Under the pieces are notes generated by a model. The model ran no database searches, was not told the origin of the DNA, and worked only from the letters and a program-made list of their open reading frames with translations. Shown in pieces: positions 20,354-26,677 of a DNA stretch of 64,000 bases. The position numbers were made by a program, and so were the translations under genes. Each line of letters begins with the position of its first letter. Position 1 is the stretch's first letter. This DNA comes from Vulcanimicrobiota bacterium. GTDB lineage: Bacteria > Vulcanimicrobiota > Xenobia > Xenobiales > JADMJV01. The DNA lies in NCBI GenBank assembly GCA_050250895.1, contig JBFWNU010000005.1, forward strand, positions 320,001 to 384,000, written 5' to 3'.

Positions 20354-20603
20354 ACTCTGCTTTATACCCGCCAGGTGACCCGCGCGGGTCAAAATTTCTA
20401 AAAGAAATTGCTAGAAAGCGTCACCCGTCGCCAAATGAGATCCCTGCGTGTCGAAGCCATCTCAGGCGGCTTGAATGCCTTTCTCGGCCACTTTGACAAG
20501 AATTCTGACTTAAAGTTCGGCGGCCCCTCGAAAAGTCCCGCAAATCATCGGCTAGAAGAGGCGCAATTGCCTATGAAATCTAGGTTTTAGCTGTTCGAGG
20601 TTT

Positions 20604-20633
20604 TTGACGAACACCGGCCTGGATTGCTAGGAT
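20604..20633 (+). promoter_or_regulatory. Sigma70-type leaderless promoter of HNH copy 1
   Basis: TTGACG-N18-TAGGAT with extended TG, 6 nt before ATG 20640; conserved in copy 2. Confidence 0.6.
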
Positions 20634-20639
20634 CTAGTT

Positions 20640-21677
20640 ATGAATCCGAGCGAAAATTCTCCTCAGTTCTGGCATCTCGCCCATCTCTCGACTCTCACCG
20701 CCGACCAGTTGGCCGACCTCACTCGCCGGGTGGTCGGCAGCCTCACCCTGCTGCGCCTCTATCTCGGGCGTTGCCTTTTGGCCCTCGAGCGCTCGAATGT
20801 CGATTGGGCCTTTCGTGGCAGTGTCCACTATGCTTCGCTGCTGGGCGTTCCGCGCCGGCGGGCTCGCGAGGCGATGCGAGTGGCCGAGCGCTTGGAAGAG
20901 TTGCCGGTGTTACGGCGGGCGGCCGAGCAGACCGAGGTTAGCTGGTCGAAACTGCGCGAAGTGGTACGAGTGGCCACGGTCGAGACCGAGAGTGAGTGGT
21001 TGGCCGTGGCCGAGCGATGGGGCTATCGTCGGGTGGAGAAGCTAGTGGCCCAGGCGAGCCTCGGCGACCGGCCGGGTGAGGCCAGCCGCGAGCCCGAAGA
21101 GATCGAGGTGATTCTTCGACTCTCTCCGACTGTCGCAGCGGTGTGGCAACGAACGATGCGACGGCTGTCGCAAGAGGCGGGCCGGCTGGTGAGTGCGGCC
21201 GAGGCCCTCGAGCTTTTGTGCGCCGACTATCTGTCCGGACCGGTTGAGGAAGTGCTGGCCGAGGGCGAGAAAGACGTCGAGGCCGAGTGGGCCATGGTGG
21301 CCTCGGACGACGAAGATGGCCTGGTCCAAAAGGCTGACCCGCACTGGGCCAACGAGCGCTTACGCTGGGCTGGCGACCAGCCGATTACTCCCGCTCAACG
21401 GGCCGAGGTGCTGCGACGCGATGGCTACAGTTGCCAGTGCCCAGGCTGCGAAAACCGGCTCTGGCTCGAGGTGCATCACGTCGTCTTCTACTGCCGCGGC
21501 GGAGCGACCGTCCCGGATAACCTCATCGTGGTGTGCTGGTCGTGCCACCGGCGTATTCACAAAGGTTGGCTGCGAGTGAGCGGAACGGCGCCGAGCGGGC
21601 TGGTTTGGACCGACCGGCACGGTAACGAGTTGACCCCACCCGAGCGGCTGGGTCGGCTGGCGTGGCTCTCGGGCTGA
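20640..21677 (+). CDS. DUF222-like N-terminal domain plus HNH endonuclease, copy 1
   Basis: RRDGYSCQCPGC...EVHHV...GGAT..DNLIVVCWSCHRRIH; helical N-terminus (LEELP...VSWSKLREVVRVAT) resembling DUF222/13E12-type HNH proteins. Confidence 0.9.
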   Translation: MNPSENSPQFWHLAHLSTLTADQLADLTRRVVGSLTLLRLYLGRCLLALERSNVDWAFRGSVHYASLLGVPRRRAREAMRVAERLEELPVLRRAAEQTEVSWSKLREVVRVATVETESEWLAVAERWGYRRVEKLVAQASLGDRPGEASREPEEIEVILRLSPTVAAVWQRTMRRLSQEAGRLVSAAEALELLCADYLSGPVEEVLAEGEKDVEAEWAMVASDDEDGLVQKADPHWANERLRWAGDQPITPAQRAEVLRRDGYSCQCPGCENRLWLEVHHVVFYCRGGATVPDNLIVVCWSCHRRIHKGWLRVSGTAPSGLVWTDRHGNELTPPERLGRLAWLSG

Positions 21678-21768
21678 CCCGCGCGGGTCACTTCCGTTCG
21701 AGGACGTGACCGACCCCGCCGGCGCTGGCTGACAAGGTCAGGGATGCACGCGCGACGAATTGTGACAA

Positions 21769-21957
21769 ATGGACATCGGACTCGAGCCTGACCCCGTCAT
21801 CGAATTCTATAAACGCGATGTCGACATCACTCTCGTGCGCGAGAGTCTGAAGCTGACCGTGCAAGAACGGGTGGACCGGCTCATCGCCCTGCAGCTAGCA
21901 GCCGAAGAGTTCCGGCGTGCTGGCGAGCGGATGCGACAAAGCCGACAAAATGACTGA
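21769..21957 (+). CDS. Small antitoxin-like protein paired with a nucleotidyltransferase
   Basis: DPVIEFYKRDVDITLVRESLKLTVQERV; overlaps the start of the downstream NTase remnant. Confidence 0.6.
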   Translation: MDIGLEPDPVIEFYKRDVDITLVRESLKLTVQERVDRLIALQLAAEEFRRAGERMRQSRQND

Positions 21958-22122
21958 CTTCAAGTCCCTGATTCGACGGCTTCACGAGAATTCGGTCGAC
22001 TTCATCGTTGTTGGCGGGTTCGCGGGGACCGTCCACGGAGCCAGGTAAAACGCGCGGCCGGTCGGCCAAAAGACTTTGAGGCCATCGCTGAGCTAGAGCG
22101 CCTGGCTGAGGAGCAGAGTTGA
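21950..22122 (+). pseudogene. Nucleotidyltransferase-like gene with large internal deletion
   Basis: MTDFKSLIRRLHENSVDFIVVGGFAGTVHGAR* is fused out of frame to QVKRAAGRPKDFEAIAELERLAEEQS*; only the family N- and C-termini remain. Confidence 0.72.
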
Positions 22123-22402
22123 CAGTGCCTCGCCTGGCGGGCTTGACCCGCGCGGGTCAGTAGGCGCGTAGATTGTGACCCGCGCGGGTCAAATTTTTCA
22201 AGAAAATTTCGCGCCACGGCCGATTGCGCCGAAACGAGATCCCGGCATGGGGAAGGCACTTGAGGCGGCTTGAATGCCTTTCTCAGCCAGTTTGACAAGA
22301 ATTCTGACTTGAAGTTCGTTCGGTCCCCGGAAAGTGCCGAAAATCATCGGTTGTGAGAGGCGCAATTGCCTATTAAATAGGGCTTTGAAGTGTTCGATGT
22401 TT

Positions 22403-22432
22403 TTGACGAACAGGGCGCCTGATTGCTAGGAT
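22403..22432 (+). promoter_or_regulatory. Sigma70-type leaderless promoter of HNH copy 2
   Basis: TTGACG-N18-TAGGAT, 6 nt before ATG 22439. Confidence 0.6.
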
Positions 22433-22438
22433 CTAGCT

Positions 22439-23476
22439 ATGAAACCAAACGAAAATTGCCCTCAGTTCTGGCGTCTTGCCCATCTCTCCACCCTCACCGC
22501 CGACCAGCTCGCCGACCTCACTCGCCGCGTCGTCGGCAGCCTCACTTTGCTGCGCCTGTATCTAGGCCGTTGCCTGCTGGCCCTCGAACGCTCGAATGTC
22601 GATTGGGCCTTTCGTGGCAGCGTCCACTACGCTTCGCTGCTGGGTGTTCCACGCCGCCGGGCTCGCGAGGCGATGCGAGTGGCCGAGCGCTTGGAAGAGT
22701 TGCCGGTGTTACGGCGGGCGGCCGAGCAGACCGAGGTTAGCTGGTCGAAACTGCGCGAAGTGGTACGAGTGGCCACCGCCGAGACCGAGAGCGAGTGGTT
22801 GGCCGTGGCCGAGCGTTGGGGATATCGTCGGGTCGAGAGACTGGTGGCCCGGGCCAGGATTGGTGATCGGCCGGGCGAGGCCAGCCGCGAGCCCGAAGAG
22901 ATCGAGGTGATTCTTCGACTTTCTCCGACTGTCGCCGCGGTGTGGCAACGAACGATGCGACGGCTGTCGCAAGAGGCGGGCCGGCTGGTGAGTGCGGCCG
23001 AGGCCCTCGAGCTTTTGTGCGCCGACTACCTGGCCGGACCGGTTGAGGAAGTGCTGGCCGAGGGCGAGAAAGACGTCGAGGCCGAATGGGCTATGGTAGC
23101 GGCCGGCGAGCAGGATGGGCTGGTCGCCAAAGCGGACCCGCACTGGGCCAACGAGCGCTTGCGCTGGGCTGGCGACCAGCCGATTACTCCCGCTCAGCGG
23201 GCCGAGGTGCTGCGTCGCGATGGCTACAGTTGCCAGTGCCCAGGCTGCGAAAACCGGCTCTGGCTCGAGGTGCATCACGTCGTCTTCTACTGCCGCGGCG
23301 GAGCGACCGTCCCGGATAACCTCATCGTGGTGTGCTGGTCGTGCCACCGGCGTATTCACAAAGGTTGGCTGCGAGTGAGCGGAACGGCTCCGGGCGGCCT
23401 GGTTTGGATCGACCGCCACGGTAACGAGTTGACCCCACCCGAGCGGCTGGGTCGGCTGGCCTGGCTCTCGGGCTGA
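22439..23476 (+). CDS. DUF222-like N-terminal domain plus HNH endonuclease, copy 2
   Basis: 345 aa; about 17 substitutions versus copy 1 by manual count; HNH/zinc motifs intact. Confidence 0.9.
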   Translation: MKPNENCPQFWRLAHLSTLTADQLADLTRRVVGSLTLLRLYLGRCLLALERSNVDWAFRGSVHYASLLGVPRRRAREAMRVAERLEELPVLRRAAEQTEVSWSKLREVVRVATAETESEWLAVAERWGYRRVERLVARARIGDRPGEASREPEEIEVILRLSPTVAAVWQRTMRRLSQEAGRLVSAAEALELLCADYLAGPVEEVLAEGEKDVEAEWAMVAAGEQDGLVAKADPHWANERLRWAGDQPITPAQRAEVLRRDGYSCQCPGCENRLWLEVHHVVFYCRGGATVPDNLIVVCWSCHRRIHKGWLRVSGTAPGGLVWIDRHGNELTPPERLGRLAWLSG

Positions 23477-23486
23477 CCCGTGCGGG

Positions 23487-24449
23487 TCACTTCCGTTCCA
23501 GGACATGGCCGACCCCGCCAGCGCTGATCATCAGGGTTTCTAGGTAGAGCTCCATCACCGTTTCGCCATCGAACTCACACGCGATGATATAGCCGCCCTC
23601 CGTGTAGTTTCCGCCACCGGTCGGCTGACGGTGAGTCATGAAAGGCCATCTCAAGGCAGTCCGTGTGCACAGCCCGAGCATGCCTCGAGCAGGCAGAGAT
23701 TCTTCCTTCCCCGGGGTATAGGCGTCCAGCCGCGCCCGAAGCTCGGAAACGGTCAACGAGCAATCCAGCTCTTCCTTGCCGAGCTTGAGTTGGCATCCGG
23801 GGCCGCCGAAGTAGTTGAGTTGGCCCTTGTGATAGAAGGCCGAAAGGTTGTCGTAGAGCCAAACCGATCGCCGTCCGGGGCGGCCCGGGCCGAGACGTTC
23901 TTCGACCTCGGCCTGGGTCATCCCAAGTTTGACGCCATTGGCCGAGACCTCGGGCTTCGAGTCGGGTTGGTTCCTCAGCTTGAGCGCCTGGATCTGGCGG
24001 TCATCCGGAAAGACCATCTGAGCGAACATGACAATTCCCAGTTCCTGGGCGGCAAAGTCATCACGACGCGCCAAGCCGTCGGGGCCCACGAAGGTCCATT
24101 GCTGGCAATGGTAGGAGATGAGCAGGTCGAGCCGTTGCGGCCCATGATGAAAGCGGAAGGCCACCTCAGGGGCATGGTCACAATCGCGAAGCTTGGCCTC
24201 AGGGTCGGATGCCCACTTCTTCTCGACCAGGCCGCAAAGCCAGAGGTAGGTTCCGCGGCGCAGTTCGACCTTTGCCAGAACTGGGTGGCCGCGAACCGAC
24301 GATTGCGCGGAGCCCGGTGATTTCTCGCCAAGACGAAATGCCTCGACTCTGTCGCATTTGTCGAAGATGACTCGATTGGTCTGGCCGAGGAATTCGTCGA
24401 GAGACTTCGCCCTGGGCCATGACCGAGGGTCGTCCTGGTCGGGCTGCAT
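23487..24449 (-). CDS. Hypothetical protein bracketed by palindromes
   Basis: ATG 24449 lies 6 nt after TATCAT; contains NGVKLGMTQAEVEERLGP (SmpA/BamE-like motif); its stop TGA is the end of palindrome 23474-23489. Confidence 0.65.
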   Translation of the reverse strand: MQPDQDDPRSWPRAKSLDEFLGQTNRVIFDKCDRVEAFRLGEKSPGSAQSSVRGHPVLAKVELRRGTYLWLCGLVEKKWASDPEAKLRDCDHAPEVAFRFHHGPQRLDLLISYHCQQWTFVGPDGLARRDDFAAQELGIVMFAQMVFPDDRQIQALKLRNQPDSKPEVSANGVKLGMTQAEVEERLGPGRPGRRSVWLYDNLSAFYHKGQLNYFGGPGCQLKLGKEELDCSLTVSELRARLDAYTPGKEESLPARGMLGLCTRTALRWPFMTHRQPTGGGNYTEGGYIIACEFDGETVMELYLETLMISAGGVGHVLERK

Positions 24450-24495
24450 CCTTTTATGATAACCCAAGCTCGGCTCGTGGGTCGACCCGCGCGGA

Positions 24496-24583
24496 TCATT
24501 TCCGTTCCAGGACATGGCCGACCCCGCCAGCGCTGACCATTAGGGTTTCTAGGTAGAGCTCCATCACCGTTTCGCCATCGAAC
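24496..24583 (-). pseudogene. Duplicated 3' end of the 23487-24449 gene
   Basis: 24499-24583 is near-identical to 23490-23574 (FDGETVMELYLETLM[IV]SAGGVGHVLERK*); a shorter 37-bp copy lies at 21691-21727. Confidence 0.8.
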
Positions 24584-24666
24584 ACCTGCGCTGTGCGCTG
24601 CATGCGCAAACCCGTCCTAGCCGGCAGCGGCGGCGCGGCCACCACCTCGCGACCCGCCACCCTCGC

Positions 24667-25067
24667 CGGGCCGAGCCGGCCATTCGGCAGCACACACTGC
24701 CAAATTCGGCGTACCACGCTGCCGAATCTGGCCAGCCTACTTCCACGTGGAAGTCCCGCCCGGGCCGCCCTCGCGACCCGCGACCCTCGCCATGGCCGGC
24801 CACACACTGCCGAACCCGGCGTACACGCTGCCAAATTTTGACTAGCCCCACTTCCGCACGGAAGTCACCGACTAGAGCCGCCTCCGCCCACGGCAGGCCC
24901 GCTCCCGCCGGCCGGGGCAAGTCGCCCGCAGCCAGCGACAAGAATCCGCCGTCCTCCCCGGGGCCGGGCCGGCCATTCGACAGCACACACTGCCGAATTC
25001 GGCTTACCACGCTGCCGAATATGATAGCCCCACTTCCGCGCGGAAGTCCTGCTCGGGCCGCCCTCGC
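24667..25067. repeat. Three ~100-bp direct repeats, each carrying the palindrome ACTTCCRCGYGGAAGT
   Basis: Units at ~24667-24774, ~24797-24890 and ~24960-25067 share CACACACTGCCRAA...CACGCTGCCRAAT. Palindromes at 24739-24754, 24850-24865 (1 mismatch) and 25032-25047. Confidence 0.85.
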
Positions 25068-25072
25068 CCGGG

Positions 25073-25972
25073 CTAACGCGGCCCTGACCCGCGCGGCTCG
25101 ACGGCCCCTCGGGTTGGCGTGAATCGGGTGACCAGCCAGTCTTCGTTGAGTGCGTGCGAGTCCAGGTGCTCGCCTCGCTCTATGTCGAAAACCGAGTGAA
25201 CAGCCACTTCCTTGTAGATGATGTCGTCTCCACGCTCAGGGTCCATCACGTCCTGACCCTCGGTGGCTCTCGCCAAAAGGTAGTTTTTCGAAAGCACGGC
25301 CGTAAAGGAGAAATCAAGCTCGTCGGCTGGTAGCTGTCGCTGCTCGATTTGGCCGGTCTCCAGGTCGATCCGCCACATCCGGTCATTTGACCAGAGAAAC
25401 AGAAATCGGCCGCTGGGATCCAGTCCGCCATCCTCGATTGTCTGGCGTGATCTTAGCTTGTGCAGCAGGCTCGACTCTCCGTTGCGAATGGCGTGAACTT
25501 CTCGGCCACGTATCGTGTAGACAGTCTGCCCGTCCGGCGCCACTGCTAGCAGTCGTCTTCCTGGCTCAGGCTTGCAGAGCTGGCGCTCGCCACGAGCGTC
25601 AATGACGTAAAGTGTGCCGCGGGGAGTGCTAAAGATGACATTGCCATCCTGGTCGAGGACGAAGTTTTCGACCCGGCGGGATGTGGCCAACCTGCACCGT
25701 CGAGCTCGCTCGGGTTTACAGAATAGGCTCCTGGGGCCGAAATCGTCAGACAGAAAATAGAGTGTAGCCTGCTTGTCGATGGACGGTTTGGTCTCGCGGC
25801 CAGGCCGCTCGAGGATTTCCTCAAATTGCTCGGTGGTGACCCTCTGGTGTTCGGGGTTGATCTCGAGGGTCGTGCGAATGAGGTCGGTATCGGCGTGACG
25901 ACAATAGCACGTCTCGCGCTCACCGATTAGCGCGAAGCGAGGTTTGATGGGATTCGACGTCATAGGGTTCAT
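25073..25972 (-). CDS. Hypothetical protein, beta-propeller-like
   Basis: Blade-like motifs (LDQDGNVIF, VAPDGQTVY, LDPSGRFLF); TGcTACGCT lies 6 nt before the ATG. Confidence 0.6.
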   Translation of the reverse strand: MNPMTSNPIKPRFALIGERETCYCRHADTDLIRTTLEINPEHQRVTTEQFEEILERPGRETKPSIDKQATLYFLSDDFGPRSLFCKPERARRCRLATSRRVENFVLDQDGNVIFSTPRGTLYVIDARGERQLCKPEPGRRLLAVAPDGQTVYTIRGREVHAIRNGESSLLHKLRSRQTIEDGGLDPSGRFLFLWSNDRMWRIDLETGQIEQRQLPADELDFSFTAVLSKNYLLARATEGQDVMDPERGDDIIYKEVAVHSVFDIERGEHLDSHALNEDWLVTRFTPTRGAVEPRGSGPR

Positions 25973-26052
25973 GACGATAGCGTAGCAGCCGTCCTGCGAA
26001 CGAAGTTCGCTTCAACAGCGAATGAAAGGTGAAGAAGTCACCAAGCGGTCAG

Positions 26053-26580
26053 CTAGCTCGGGTCGGTCGGCGGTTTGCGGAGCTTGCGAAGTGCCTTTGC
26101 CTCGATCTGGCGGATCTGCTCGCGGGTCATGCCGAGGCATTGAGCCACCTCCTCGAGGGTGCGAGGTCGGCCGTCGTCCAAGCCGAAGCGCACCGACATG
26201 ACCTCTTTCTCGTGAGCGGTCAACTCCACCAGCGCGGCCTCCATCTGGGCCCGCAGCATTTGGCAGGCAGCCGTCTCGATTCGCTCAGGAGACTGCATAC
26301 CCAGGTACTCGCGTACGCGGGCCTGAGTGAAGCGCCTCCTTTTGGCCATCTCCTGGTCAACCAATGGGTCGGCCAACGTGACCTGGCGGTAACGGCACAC
26401 CTGGCGCCATACGTCCTGGCGGTCGACTGGATACATAGCTTCGGCGATCTCCTCGACCGAGGGTGGATAGCCGAGTTCGTCCTGGAGCTGCCGGATGATC
26501 GCGTTCATGCGCTCGACTGCCTCCTGGGGCGGGCCGTCCGTCTTCGTCACCAGTTCGGCAAATTCATCATCCTGTCCCAC
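26053..26580 (-). CDS. Sigma-70 region 3 plus region 4 protein lacking region 2
   Basis: RQLQDELGYPPSVEEIAEAM (sigma3) and LTAHEKEVMSVRFGLDDGRPRTLEEVA...TREQIRQIEAKALRKLR (RpoD-like sigma4). Confidence 0.8.
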   Translation of the reverse strand: MGQDDEFAELVTKTDGPPQEAVERMNAIIRQLQDELGYPPSVEEIAEAMYPVDRQDVWRQVCRYRQVTLADPLVDQEMAKRRRFTQARVREYLGMQSPERIETAACQMLRAQMEAALVELTAHEKEVMSVRFGLDDGRPRTLEEVAQCLGMTREQIRQIEAKALRKLRKPPTDPS

Positions 26581-26677
26581 ACATGGTTATTCGACCACCG
26601 CATCAAGTGGCCTTCGCCAGTCCTAGCAGGCAAAAGCTCCTCCGAGGAGAATGGCTGCGCCGCCTGGAGGTTGAAAA

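Larger units (their letters stand above)
20376..21690 (+). mobile_element. Putative palindrome-bounded HNH element, copy 1
   Basis: Palindrome, ~250-bp leader, HNH ORF, palindrome. Homology to 22176-23489 starts exactly at the left palindrome. Confidence 0.6.
22176..23489 (+). mobile_element. Putative palindrome-bounded HNH element, copy 2
   Basis: Same architecture as 20376-21690; palindrome-to-palindrome spacing is 1298 bp versus 1299 bp. Confidence 0.6.
18176..25100. repeat. Nine dispersed copies of the 16-bp palindrome TGACCCGCGCGGGTCA
   Basis: Copies (mismatches): 18176-18191 (2), 19617-19632 (1), 20376-20391 (0), 21675-21690 (0), 22144-22159 (0), 22176-22191 (0), 23474-23489 (1), 24483-24498 (2), 25085-25100 (2). 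All are at or next to gene boundaries. Confidence 0.92.

Noticed and set aside
20592-20613. LexA/SOS box in the HNH promoter
   Set aside because: The arrangement is TGTTCG-N10-CGAACA, the reverse of GAAC-N4-GTTC; kept only as an unidentified operator or hairpin.
21675-21690. Palindromes as simple intrinsic terminators
   Set aside because: No U-tract, essentially no loop, sequence-level conservation, and copies also occur upstream of genes. A secondary terminator role cannot be excluded.
18176-25100. CRISPR array
   Set aside because: Repeats are only 16 bp, spacing ranges from 16 bp to 1.4 kb with whole genes between them, and there are no cas genes.
18176-25100. Classical integron cassette array
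   Set aside because: Sites lack the RYYYAAC...GTTRRRY attC ends and are too short, genes lie in both orientations, and no tyrosine integrase is in the window.
24496-25122. ORFs 24496-24834, 24564-25010, 24593-24841 and 24838-25122 as real genes
   Set aside because: They are Arg/Pro/Ala-rich translations of the repeat array; only the last 29 codons of 24496-24834 are a gene fragment.
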